This document shows positions 29,109-38,762 of a stretch of 64,000 nt of DNA, piece by piece. Position 1 is the first letter of the stretch, and every line of letters begins with the position of its first letter. The position numbers were made by a program, and so were the translations under genes. The stretch covers positions 7,001 to 71,000 of the forward strand of contig CAXHCD010000010.1 in NCBI GenBank assembly GCA_964015265.1. Direction: 5' to 3'. Below the pieces are notes generated by a model. That model saw only the letters and a program-made list of their open reading frames with translations, made no database searches and was not told the origin of the DNA. This DNA is from an uncultured Oligoflexia bacterium. Lineage in GTDB: Bacteria > Bdellovibrionota > Bacteriovoracia > Bacteriovoracales > Bacteriovoracaceae.

Positions 29109-29843
29109 TTGATTCATAAATACAAAATAATATTTTCAGACTTTGATGGGACCTTAACTCAGGATGATGAGTTAAGGCCTATTTTTTTTGATATTTTAAA
29201 TACAATAATTAAAAATGAAGCAGAGTTAGTTATTGTATCGGGTAGATCTTTAAGTTGGGGACATTTCTTTTTAACTCACTTGCCGGTAACTCATACAATC
29301 ATGGAAGGCGGTGGAGTAATTCAGTACAAAGATGAAAGAGGATTATTACAAAATGATTTTCAAATATCTGAAGATGAAATGGATCGTTTAGCTTTATGTA
29401 GTGACAAACTTCTCCAAAAATTTCCTAATGTAAACTTGTCTGCTGATTCAATTGGAAGAAAAACTGATAGAGCGATTGAATTAAGAGAAGTTGGTTTGGA
29501 TAGCACTTTATCAAATGAGATTAGAGAGTTTTTAGATGAGCAAAATGTAAATCACTCTACTTCAAATGTTCATATAAATTTTTGGTGTGGAGAGGTTAGC
29601 AAATATAAAGCAGTAACTGAGTATTTGAAGAAGTATAAAAATATTGATGAACAAGATTGTCTTTATTTTGGTGACTCTTTAAATGATGAGTCAATGTTTG
29701 AACATTTTCCAAACACAGTTGGTGTCGCAAATATTTCAAAAGTAATCGATCAATTAAAGTTTAAACCATCTGTTGTTTTAATGGGAAAGAAGATGGAAGG
29801 ACCGAGTGGGCTTCTTCATCATCTTAATTCTTTAGTAAAATAA
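29109..29843 (+). CDS. HAD-IIB (Cof/sucrose-phosphatase-like) hydrolase (TTG start)
   Basis: Motif I FSDFDGTLT, VIVSGRS and motif IV GDSLNDESMF. Confidence 0.7.
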   Translation: MIHKYKIIFSDFDGTLTQDDELRPIFFDILNTIIKNEAELVIVSGRSLSWGHFFLTHLPVTHTIMEGGGVIQYKDERGLLQNDFQISEDEMDRLALCSDKLLQKFPNVNLSADSIGRKTDRAIELREVGLDSTLSNEIREFLDEQNVNHSTSNVHINFWCGEVSKYKAVTEYLKKYKNIDEQDCLYFGDSLNDESMFEHFPNTVGVANISKVIDQLKFKPSVVLMGKKMEGPSGLLHHLNSLVK

Positions 29844-30895
29844 TTATCAATTTCAAGAAATAATTCTTTTTCAATTTCATCAATTGAGTTTGAAAATTTT
29901 GATTGTATTAGCTGTCCTAAGTCATTTGGAATAGATGTTTTAAAAACTTTGTCTTGACCTTGATAGCACGCTTTTAAGGCCATAGCGTGTAGGGCATGTC
30001 TGCTAATTTCCATTAGCTCATGATCTTCTTCACTGGCAATATTATCTTTAAATCGTTGAAACATTTTAAAATTTCCAAGATATAGTTTATCTCCGACTAG
30101 TGGTAGACCATTAATCATTGCATGAACTCTAATTTGGTGTTGTCTACCTGTTTTTGGAAAGGCAAGCCCAATTGCATATTTACCCTCTTCAAATAAAACT
30201 TTAAATGTGGTTTTTGCGTGCTTTCCTTCTGTTGAGTTTTTATCAAAATGATTTATATATACTCGCTTTAATCCCGTTTCATTGGTGCCTAGTCGTGCTT
30301 CTTCTACAAACTCACTTTGGGCATAGTCTTCATTTTTTTTACTAACAAACATATAGCATTTAGAAACTAGATCTTTATCAAATTGATCTGTCATAAGATG
30401 AGCTGTTTTTGGGTCTTTTGCCAACATCATAACACCTGAAGTTTCGCGATCAAGCCTGTGAATAGAATGAATCGTTTTTTCATATTTTTCTTCAAAATAT
30501 ACTGTTGCACAGTTAAATAAATGCTTTCCAGTTGGATGGGCCGCCATATAGGCCGGCTTGGAAATAACGATGAGATGATCGTCTTCAAAAACTATATCAG
30601 GTTTTAACTGAAGATTAAGTAAGCTTCCATTCCACCATTCATCTTCTTGAGTTGTCTTTTTTAATGTTAAAGTAACAATATCACGATGATGAAGTTTGGT
30701 GTTGGGTCTGTGCTTTCCTGGGCGATCCTTAATAACTACATCACCATCTTTAATTTTTCTTTTAACTTCTTCTCTAGAAAAGCTTTCCATGTAAATTTGG
30801 ATAAACTGATCAAGTCTCATTCCATGTTGATCTTCGTCAACAAAATATTTTGCCTGATAATAAGAAGTTCGAAATGACTTTGTAAGGATTCCCAT
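29819..30895 (-). CDS. RluA-family (RluC/D-like) pseudouridine synthase with an S4 domain
   Basis: Catalytic motif HRLDRETSGVMMLAK. N-terminal S4-like MRLDQFI...DGDVVI. HQIRVH motif. Confidence 0.85.
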   Translation of the reverse strand: MGILTKSFRTSYYQAKYFVDEDQHGMRLDQFIQIYMESFSREEVKRKIKDGDVVIKDRPGKHRPNTKLHHRDIVTLTLKKTTQEDEWWNGSLLNLQLKPDIVFEDDHLIVISKPAYMAAHPTGKHLFNCATVYFEEKYEKTIHSIHRLDRETSGVMMLAKDPKTAHLMTDQFDKDLVSKCYMFVSKKNEDYAQSEFVEEARLGTNETGLKRVYINHFDKNSTEGKHAKTTFKVLFEEGKYAIGLAFPKTGRQHQIRVHAMINGLPLVGDKLYLGNFKMFQRFKDNIASEEDHELMEISRHALHAMALKACYQGQDKVFKTSIPNDLGQLIQSKFSNSIDEIEKELFLEIDNYFTKELR

Positions 30896-30902
30896 GGAAT
30901 CC

Positions 30903-33122
30903 TTAATACCTCTCTTTGATTATATATTTCAAGAGAGAAAGAGCACCTTGTTCAGAATATTGATATTTTTCCTGTAAATTTGTTAATACTCTCTGAATTT
31001 CTTCTTTCTCTTTCTTGGCAAGAGGAGTAGATTTTGATTCATCCTCAGATATTTCAGCCTCAAAATAAACTATGTTTTTTGAAATATTTTTTATGAATTT
31101 CTTTTGTTCATTTCTAAAAGATTCTTGAAGTTTTTCAACAACATCTGGAAATACTTCGGTGTAATCTATCTTTTTTATACCAGGATTGTCTAAGTAGAAT
31201 GCTCCAAGTCTTGAAATTAAATGGGAACGATAGGTTTCAGGATTGTCTTTTAAGTTAATATTTTGTTCAAATTCTTTAATAAAATATTGATCATACTCTT
31301 CATATTTTCCAGTAATTTGGTTTTTAATTTTTTCACCCTTTATAAGTGAATTTACATTTTCAATATATTTTTTAAGGTATTCATCATAAGAACGATCATC
31401 AACTAGACCTAAAGATTCTCTTAAAGATTTATCAAAAATAGATAAGCAGTGCTCTTTTAAAAGACCTATAAACCTTGCCGGATGATGATAGTCACCTTGG
31501 GCCGTCATATTTAAAAAGTCATAATCATTTTTCTTTTGAATGAGTCTATGAAGCTCTTCAAATACTTCAATAAATGTAATGTTTTTGTATTTATTTGAAA
31601 GTTTATAAATAAACTTTTTAATATCTCTTGGAGAAAGTCCAAATTTTCCCTCGTAAAGATTTTCAAACTCATATTCGTTAACTACATCAGACTTACCTTG
31701 TTTTAGTATTTGTTTTGATTCCACATCAAGGTGTTCAGGAATTTTTGTATCTTCGCTCAAAAACAGTGCTTTATCTAATGGATTTAATTTCGCTGTTATC
31801 TTACTAAGTTTTTTATCAGTATAAGTTTTACCTTGGCATGAACGAAGTCTGGTCATTACACCAAATAAACATATTGCCTCAAGACTATGAGGTTCAAATG
31901 TACTTCTTTCTTTTAGTCCATGAACTTGTTTATTATAAATTTTAATTTCTTCTTTATAATCTAATAAGTAAGGAACTCTAATAAAATTAAAACGTCCCTT
32001 AAAGGAGTTATAGTCAGGATGTTGTTTAAAGGCAGCAAGGTGAATCTCGTTAGAAGTACCAGCAAAGAAAATATCTAACTGAGTGAGTATCCCCTGAAGA
32101 TTTATACTTCCCGTTTCCATAGTCATTAGAAGATATTTATAGGTATCTAATGGTCTTTTTAAAAGATCTGAAAATTCTAGAATACCTCTGTTGGCCATTA
32201 CCGCTTCGCCCTGCATAGAAAATAAATTTAGCGATTGAAGGCTAGGTGGAAGACTAGCAAGTCTTTTATCCATTGTGATTTGTTGAAGTCTTGCATCAAC
32301 ATGAAGTTGTGGTTCAATTGTAACTGCGCCATTTGAGTATCTTTTTGAAATCTTAAATCTTTCGATTCTTATATGTTTTAAAACATCTTCATGAGATCCT
32401 TTATAATTTTTAAGTAGCGCATCGTAAATCATTCTATTTCTTTTTGAAAGATCACCATTATATAAATATGATTTTCTAATTGAGTCTAAATAATCTTGAT
32501 CATCTGCTAGGCACTCATCAATAAACTCTCTCCTATATTTAATTGGAATTAACATTAAGGGATGATCTTTTAATTCAGAATTTAAAATAGCATTAATATC
32601 TTTATCTTCAAGATGTGCGAATGATTGTAAATTATTAGTAGCTCGTCTTGTTGAAGTATCAACATTTATACCTAGTGAGCCTTTAGTGTAATGATCAATT
32701 GGAAAGACCCAGCTAAATGAGTAGAGTTTTCCTTCTTCAGACTCAGAAAATAACTCTGCACCTTTCATAAATTTTCGAATGATGCTTGATTTAGAAGATC
32801 CATTTGGACCAACTAATAAAATAAATTTATTGTTGAAGCCCTCTTCTTGGAAATTTATCAAGTTTTGATATATCGCTTCTTGCGTTTTATATTGCCCAAA
32901 TACCGCTGGGGAGTCGGAATGTTCCTCCTGGAAAAGTTTGAAATGATTCCGATCATCTTTTTTGAAATAGTCTAGCATTTCAATGAGGTATTGGTACGAT
33001 GGACGTAACTCCCTTCTATTAAACTCTCTGAAGTATTCCAAATATTCTTCATATGAAAGAATTTCTGTATTCTTCTCTTCTTCAGTGTTTTCTTTTTCTA
33101 TCCAATTTAAATCCATGATCAC
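30903..33122 (-). CDS. PrkA family serine protein kinase (AAA-type)
   Basis: Walker A LLVGPNGSSKSSII within the conserved PrkA N-terminal AAA region. The long C-terminal PrkA-type body totals 739 aa. Confidence 0.8.
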   Translation of the reverse strand: MIMDLNWIEKENTEEEKNTEILSYEEYLEYFREFNRRELRPSYQYLIEMLDYFKKDDRNHFKLFQEEHSDSPAVFGQYKTQEAIYQNLINFQEEGFNNKFILLVGPNGSSKSSIIRKFMKGAELFSESEEGKLYSFSWVFPIDHYTKGSLGINVDTSTRRATNNLQSFAHLEDKDINAILNSELKDHPLMLIPIKYRREFIDECLADDQDYLDSIRKSYLYNGDLSKRNRMIYDALLKNYKGSHEDVLKHIRIERFKISKRYSNGAVTIEPQLHVDARLQQITMDKRLASLPPSLQSLNLFSMQGEAVMANRGILEFSDLLKRPLDTYKYLLMTMETGSINLQGILTQLDIFFAGTSNEIHLAAFKQHPDYNSFKGRFNFIRVPYLLDYKEEIKIYNKQVHGLKERSTFEPHSLEAICLFGVMTRLRSCQGKTYTDKKLSKITAKLNPLDKALFLSEDTKIPEHLDVESKQILKQGKSDVVNEYEFENLYEGKFGLSPRDIKKFIYKLSNKYKNITFIEVFEELHRLIQKKNDYDFLNMTAQGDYHHPARFIGLLKEHCLSIFDKSLRESLGLVDDRSYDEYLKKYIENVNSLIKGEKIKNQITGKYEEYDQYFIKEFEQNINLKDNPETYRSHLISRLGAFYLDNPGIKKIDYTEVFPDVVEKLQESFRNEQKKFIKNISKNIVYFEAEISEDESKSTPLAKKEKEEIQRVLTNLQEKYQYSEQGALSLLKYIIKERY

Positions 33123-33187
33123 TCCGAACTAGGCCCTTTAATTAAAAGAGCATTATCTATATAATTTTAACAAGAGATTGGAGTTTT

Positions 33188-34519
33188 ATGCGAACATTTA
33201 ATTTTTCCCTATTGGGAAAAAACATTTCTCTCACACAAAAACAGTTAGGTATTCTAATTGGTGTCACTTTGATTTTATTACTTGTACTTTATACTAAAGT
33301 AATATTTCCTAATAACAGGGACACCGTTATTGAGAAAAGACAGTCTATTAGGCGAATAATCGTTGCTTCTCATAAGCTAAATCAACTTTGGAGACAGGGT
33401 ACTCAGAGTAAATTATGGAAAGATAGTTTTAAGTGTAAAGAAATACCTGATGTAAAAAGTTTAGATCCTGCATTGACTCAATGTAATCCAGCTCTATTAG
33501 AATGTTATTTTGAAGCTCAGGGAGAAGATAATCCTTCATTTGTTATCAAGTCAAAGAAAGGAAATATTAATATTTATGCTGAAAAAATTGACGGCAGGTA
33601 TACAAATGTCATCACGAGATCAAATAGGGAGGGACCTTATGTTCCCACGTTTGCTTATCAAGTTAGATTGACCGTTGAAGAGCCCACCGATCAATATTTA
33701 GATGTTCTATTTGAAGATTCATGTAATGATGTTTTTTTACCACGAAGAATTTTTGGTTATGGGCCATATATAAATGAAAAAAGAGACGAAGATTGGAAAT
33801 GGGATAATTTTGGAAGATTTATATACATGGATAAATTTCACGTTAGTTATAGGAAAGTTAAGAACTGGCAAAAAATTGATTCAAGTGTAAAAATTCCAAA
33901 TTTACGAAAACTATACGACTCAGATGATTCAGCGGCAATTGGGCTTTCACTTGAACAAATGAAGGCATATTGTGCTTTTGAAGGGAAAGTTTTAGCGGGT
34001 GCAAAAGAAATAGATGCATTTAGTTTTCACCCTGGTGACTATGAAGTTAATCGACCACAAAGAGTTTTAAGAGGTCCATATCCTTGGAATAATAGGCGAC
34101 GTGGAAATTTTTTATATGAGGCTATTGTAAAAAAGGATTCATTTGAATTTAGAAACGAATATTGTAAACAAATAAATATTAAAGAATGTGAAAAACTTAA
34201 AAAATTACATTCAATTCCTAAGGCCTTAGGGTGGACAGGAATTTTTGAAACTTTAGGTGGACCACTTGAAGCGGTTGTAAATAATATTGATCCAAGTAGA
34301 AATTTACAAGGTTCAAGTTTTTACTTTGGAAGTAGTTCGTATTGGCATCAAATAGGAAAAAGAGGAACTTGGTCAGGAAGTGGAAATGGGCCAGCAAGTA
34401 TAAAATGGACAAACTTAAGTGAATTAGATGGAGTAGATTTTGATGATCCACCTGAATCTAAAAGTCCTGAATATGATATTGCATTTAGATGTATGAAGGA
34501 AGTTAGTGAAGATATTTAG
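33188..34519 (+). CDS. Membrane-anchored protein with a C-terminal SUMF1/FGE-sulfatase-like domain
   Basis: N-terminal TM segment. MKAYCAFEGKVLAGAKE, GPYPWNN, GWTGIFETLGG, LQGSSFYFG and terminal AFRCMKE parallel the AYCxWxGKRLPTExEW / YPWG / GNVWEW / RGGS / GFRC blocks of PF03781. This is a by-eye alignment. Confidence 0.45.
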   Translation: MRTFNFSLLGKNISLTQKQLGILIGVTLILLLVLYTKVIFPNNRDTVIEKRQSIRRIIVASHKLNQLWRQGTQSKLWKDSFKCKEIPDVKSLDPALTQCNPALLECYFEAQGEDNPSFVIKSKKGNINIYAEKIDGRYTNVITRSNREGPYVPTFAYQVRLTVEEPTDQYLDVLFEDSCNDVFLPRRIFGYGPYINEKRDEDWKWDNFGRFIYMDKFHVSYRKVKNWQKIDSSVKIPNLRKLYDSDDSAAIGLSLEQMKAYCAFEGKVLAGAKEIDAFSFHPGDYEVNRPQRVLRGPYPWNNRRRGNFLYEAIVKKDSFEFRNEYCKQINIKECEKLKKLHSIPKALGWTGIFETLGGPLEAVVNNIDPSRNLQGSSFYFGSSSYWHQIGKRGTWSGSGNGPASIKWTNLSELDGVDFDDPPESKSPEYDIAFRCMKEVSEDI

Positions 34520-35474
34520 TATTCTATCAATACTATTTTTATTTGGATGTGCTGATAATAGTTATCGGCTACTAGAATATTTTGAAGCGTATAATTACGC
34601 CAATTGGATGCATGTTTATAAACTAGAGACTTATAACGATCATTATTTTAATAAGGGAAAGGAAGTTAAAAAACCATTAGGCACTTGGCAAAACTTACTT
34701 CGAATGGAACTAGTTGGTGAAGAAGGAAAAGAAAGAAAGATCCAATGCCTTATTTATAAACTACCAAACCCTCTTGGTGATCATCGAACCTTAGGAATTT
34801 TAAAAGTAGTAAATGTTAAAGAAGATGAAAAGTGTGATAATGTTTGGGATAAAAGTGCAGAAATTGAATTAGAAGATATAAATTCATTGAAGATTTTTTT
34901 AAGTAAAAATAAAAGAAAAATAGGTCAGGGCAAGATCACATTAGATCCCTATACATTAGTTTTAAAAGTAAATTGGGGATTTGATAGAACTGATAAGTGG
35001 ATGTTGTTTCCATTTTTAAATTTAGCAAAAAGAGTTCGCCTACCTTATATGAATAAAAGATATTCTCCTTCGTTAAAAATTAAAAAACTTTCAGGTCTAA
35101 GTTTTTGGCCTGAAGAAATGAGTAATACAAAACCAGTAAAATTGATTGGAAAGTATACTGATTCTTATGGCCAAAATAGCGCTACTTTATGTCACAAGGT
35201 AGATGATAAATGCCAAACAATAGGTTTGAATACATGTTCAAGATGCCGTTATGGATATTTTGAAGTCGTTAGTAGTAAATGTACTAAAGTATTTAACAAG
35301 TATTGTGGAGTAAACAATTGCGGTAAAAAAGGTGAACCTGCTTGTATTAGAGGATTTGAGTATGAAGCCGGAAAAAAATTTGAAGGCGGTTGTTATAATG
35401 ATTCCAAGTCTGTTTATTGTAATAAAGGCTTAAATCCTATTTGTGATGGCAATCAAGTCATGATTTGTAATTAA
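34506..35474 (+). CDS. Lipoprotein with a Cys-rich C-terminal region (GTG start)
   Basis: Lipobox LFLFGCAD. 14-nt overlap with the upstream gene. The last ~100 aa contain many Cys (CHKVDDKCQ..CSRCRYG..CGVNNCGKKGEPAC..). Confidence 0.55.
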   Translation: MKIFSILSILFLFGCADNSYRLLEYFEAYNYANWMHVYKLETYNDHYFNKGKEVKKPLGTWQNLLRMELVGEEGKERKIQCLIYKLPNPLGDHRTLGILKVVNVKEDEKCDNVWDKSAEIELEDINSLKIFLSKNKRKIGQGKITLDPYTLVLKVNWGFDRTDKWMLFPFLNLAKRVRLPYMNKRYSPSLKIKKLSGLSFWPEEMSNTKPVKLIGKYTDSYGQNSATLCHKVDDKCQTIGLNTCSRCRYGYFEVVSSKCTKVFNKYCGVNNCGKKGEPACIRGFEYEAGKKFEGGCYNDSKSVYCNKGLNPICDGNQVMICN

Positions 35475-35482
35475 AATTATAT

Positions 35483-36511
35483 TTATTTATCAAAAATTGA
35501 ATCCAAAGATTTATTTAAATCTATAAATTTCCAATTGTATTTTGAACTAAAATCTTGCATAAGGCTTTGTACAGGTGGAATGAATTCTTTTTCAAATAAA
35601 TCATTTAGCGAAGGGTTGATTTTTTCGTAATAGTTAATATATCGAGGTGGAAGAAATAAAACTACTTTGAAATTATACTTTAAACTTAAATCTCTTAATT
35701 TTTCTAAATTAACTTTATAGTTGCTTAATGAATAATATTTCCACTCTTCAATGGAGTTAAATAATGAAGTTGGAAGTACATCATCTTCATTAAAGTGGTG
35801 TTTTAACTCATCGATAGTTAAATTTCTTTTTATATTACTTGATATATTTGTAATTAATCTAAAAAAATAACTTTTATAATAAAGTGTTTCGAAAATTTTG
35901 CTAAAAATTCTTTTGCTAAAATATCTCTCTTTTTTAAAGTTAGGTGTTTTTAAATTCTTATTAATTTTCCTATTATGATCTTCATATTTTTTATTAGTCA
36001 CAAACATATATTCATTAATCCAATGTCCCCAAAAAATATATTTAGGAAGAGGTGAATTTGTCGAAGTTCTATCTAATAATAACTTTTCTAGACGTTTTAT
36101 AGAGTAATCAGAGCTTACCCCTCCTTCAGCATAGTTTTTAATGTTATTGTTTTGAGATATTTTTTTATAGGTATCTACCCAGCGAGACTCTTTGCAATAT
36201 TTACCTTTTGTCGTTGATCCACCTAGGAACCAAATAATTTCATTTTTTAAATTTAACTCTTTTGTTTCATTAAAAAAATAAATTGAAGACTCATAGCTAG
36301 CTTTGTCTTTTTTATGGATGAAGTCACAAAAATACTCTAATTTTTTCTTATCCAAGAATTTATGAAAATAAGGATCGTCTTTATAGATATATCTATTAAC
36401 AAAATATGAGGGTAAGAAAAGTCCACTAAACCTGGAAGTTAGTTCAAATATAATTACAAGAATTGGCGTAATAGCAATTGATTTTAAGATTGGTTTAAAC
36501 CTAATGTTCAT
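35483..36511 (-). CDS. Membrane-anchored hypothetical protein (possible SGNH-like hydrolase)
   Basis: N-terminal TM segment. WFLGGSTTKGKY loosely resembles SGNH block I. The support is weak. Confidence 0.4.
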   Translation of the reverse strand: MNIRFKPILKSIAITPILVIIFELTSRFSGLFLPSYFVNRYIYKDDPYFHKFLDKKKLEYFCDFIHKKDKASYESSIYFFNETKELNLKNEIIWFLGGSTTKGKYCKESRWVDTYKKISQNNNIKNYAEGGVSSDYSIKRLEKLLLDRTSTNSPLPKYIFWGHWINEYMFVTNKKYEDHNRKINKNLKTPNFKKERYFSKRIFSKIFETLYYKSYFFRLITNISSNIKRNLTIDELKHHFNEDDVLPTSLFNSIEEWKYYSLSNYKVNLEKLRDLSLKYNFKVVLFLPPRYINYYEKINPSLNDLFEKEFIPPVQSLMQDFSSKYNWKFIDLNKSLDSIFDK

Positions 36512-36642
36512 AAGCTTTTAATCGTAGCATTAAGAAAAACTTTAAATGTATTTTTATTAAGTATTTAGATAATATTTTGTGGCAAATAGACTAATATAAA
36601 TAAGATACACCTGTCGCAACAACGCATCACCAAGAGATTTTG

Positions 36643-37575
36643 CTAATAAACCTTTTTTCCTAGAAAGCTTGCGGGAATTTCATCAGGATCATCAATGCAA
36701 GTCATTGAGGCCCTAGCAAAGTATTTACATGTCTTTATTGGAGAGTAAATTCTCATTTCTTTAGAGTTTTTATTTATAGAAAAGATTCCGATAAATGGGG
36801 AGTTTTTAGGAATTCCAATAACTGGCGTTTCGTCAATGAACCCTGTAAATGGGAAATTACTTTGTGTAATAATAATATTTATTAAATCAGGTGGAATTTT
36901 TTTTATAGTTTTTTCTAGATTATCTGTTTTATTTTCAGGGCATTTAATTTGATTTTTTGAATTATCAATAGAACTCATAGAGTAGGATTGATTCAAATTT
37001 TGGCAGTGAGTAATTATATTTAAGGCCAATATATTTATATCTTTTAGATTATCTTTATTTTTTAAAATATTTAGAGTTGGGTCTTCAAAAATAATTCCGT
37101 TAATTTTTTTTGAATGTTTTTCATTATAGATATTCATTCCTAGAAGACCAATTTCAAGATCATCTTTTTTAATAATATATTGCGGTTCACTTTTTTCATT
37201 AAGTATGGGGAGATTAAATAATACATTTTTAACATTAGAATTTATTAAGCCCGGTTCATTTGTATAACTGGCCGGATCTGAGTTTGCATTAAATAAAATA
37301 TAATTGAAGGAATACTCATTTTTTTTATAAGTTTCAGATTCTATTCCTCCTAAGTCGATGTGAATTAAACTATCTCCAAGTTGAGTTTTTGCAATCTTTA
37401 TGTACTTGTCAAAAATATCACTTTTGAAAGTATTAGATACTCGTAAATGATTAGTTATTAGAAAATTTATGTTTGAACTATTTTTTATATTGGTTGGTAG
37501 AGTTCCAACTCCAATTTTTTCTTCAAAAAAATTACAGGAGCTTATAATGAATAAAATTAAAATTATCTTATACAT
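36643..37575 (-). CDS. Hypothetical lipoprotein (degenerate 5-prime-nucleotidase/metallophosphoesterase-like?)
   Basis: Lipobox LFIISSCN. TAATG overlap with the upstream desulfurase gene. IGLLGMNIY...INILALNIITHC is reminiscent of UshA-type layouts, but the metal motifs are absent. Confidence 0.45.
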   Translation of the reverse strand: MYKIILILFIISSCNFFEEKIGVGTLPTNIKNSSNINFLITNHLRVSNTFKSDIFDKYIKIAKTQLGDSLIHIDLGGIESETYKKNEYSFNYILFNANSDPASYTNEPGLINSNVKNVLFNLPILNEKSEPQYIIKKDDLEIGLLGMNIYNEKHSKKINGIIFEDPTLNILKNKDNLKDINILALNIITHCQNLNQSYSMSSIDNSKNQIKCPENKTDNLEKTIKKIPPDLINIIITQSNFPFTGFIDETPVIGIPKNSPFIGIFSINKNSKEMRIYSPIKTCKYFARASMTCIDDPDEIPASFLGKKVY

Positions 37576-38738
37576 TAAAAACTTTTTAATTTTCCGAGCT
37601 TGATATAAGTTTCTTTAAGAGCATCATAGATTTTATCATAATCTGATAAATTCGAACAAAGACATAAACTAATTCTAACAACTCCACGTCCAATATCATC
37701 AGATACATTCATGGCCTTTAGAACTTTTGAAGTCACAGGTTCATTATCCGAGCAAGCTGAAGAAGTTGTTACAAAAATTCCCTTAGATTCAAGTTCAATT
37801 TGAACTCCTTGTCCGTGAATTCCTGGAAATGCGATATAGGTTGTACTTGCAAGTCTTGGAGCTTTATCACCTAAAATTACTACATTTGGAAAATCTGTTT
37901 TAATCTTATTTTCAAACTCAGCTCTTTTGTTGGCCAGTTGACCGATTTTATCAAAGTTATCATGAATACTTTTTAGGGCCACAGCAATACTTTCATTACC
38001 AAGGTAGTTTTGTGTTCCGCCTCTTCTACCTTTTTCTTGACCACCGCCTAAAATTAGACACTCTAAAGTTGAGGGATCTTTTGCAATAATAAATCCACAC
38101 CCAGTCAGTGCTCCAATTTTGTGTCCTGACATTACAGCATAATCAAGTCCTAACTCATTGAAGTTAAAACTCGTTTTTCCAATATATTGAGTTGTATCTG
38201 AAAAAAATGGAACTGAATATTCCTTACAAATTTTAGAAATTTGATCTATTGGTTGAATTACACCTGTTTCATTATTAGCGGCCATAATTGATACAAGCGC
38301 CGTTTCATTACTATATTTTCCTAATAGCTCATTTAACTTTTCAACTTCTACAATTCCATCTTCGTTCACAGGAAGATAGTGGGTTGTGAATCCAAGAGAT
38401 TTAGCTCTTTTTGTTTCGTTTAAAACTGCCGAATGTTCAATTGAAGAAGTTATAATATGTTTTTTTCCAGAGTTTAAAACTTCTGGACGTGTAAAAGTAT
38501 AAAAAATATTTGTAATACCCTCAGTTGCTCCTGAGTTAAAAATAATTTGATTTGGTTTTGCTCCAAGGTAATCAGAAATTAATTTTCTAGATTTTTCCAT
38601 GGCCATTAATGTTCTTGCACCAACTTGGTGAATAGCATTTGGATTAGCAAATGGGCCATTTTGGATTCTATGAATTAAGTACTCTTTAACGTCATCTGAA
38701 AGTGGTGCACTTCCATTAAAATCTGCATAGATATTCAT
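37575..38738 (-). CDS. Cysteine desulfurase (NifS/IscS-type, class V aminotransferase)
   Basis: PLP-lysine motif MSGHKIGA, active-site loop TSSACSDNEP, and HSAV/ANNETG blocks. Confidence 0.85.
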   Translation of the reverse strand: MNIYADFNGSAPLSDDVKEYLIHRIQNGPFANPNAIHQVGARTLMAMEKSRKLISDYLGAKPNQIIFNSGATEGITNIFYTFTRPEVLNSGKKHIITSSIEHSAVLNETKRAKSLGFTTHYLPVNEDGIVEVEKLNELLGKYSNETALVSIMAANNETGVIQPIDQISKICKEYSVPFFSDTTQYIGKTSFNFNELGLDYAVMSGHKIGALTGCGFIIAKDPSTLECLILGGGQEKGRRGGTQNYLGNESIAVALKSIHDNFDKIGQLANKRAEFENKIKTDFPNVVILGDKAPRLASTTYIAFPGIHGQGVQIELESKGIFVTTSSACSDNEPVTSKVLKAMNVSDDIGRGVVRISLCLCSNLSDYDKIYDALKETYIKLGKLKSF

Positions 38739-38762
38739 CTAACCCCCGTTTTATGCAATCGA

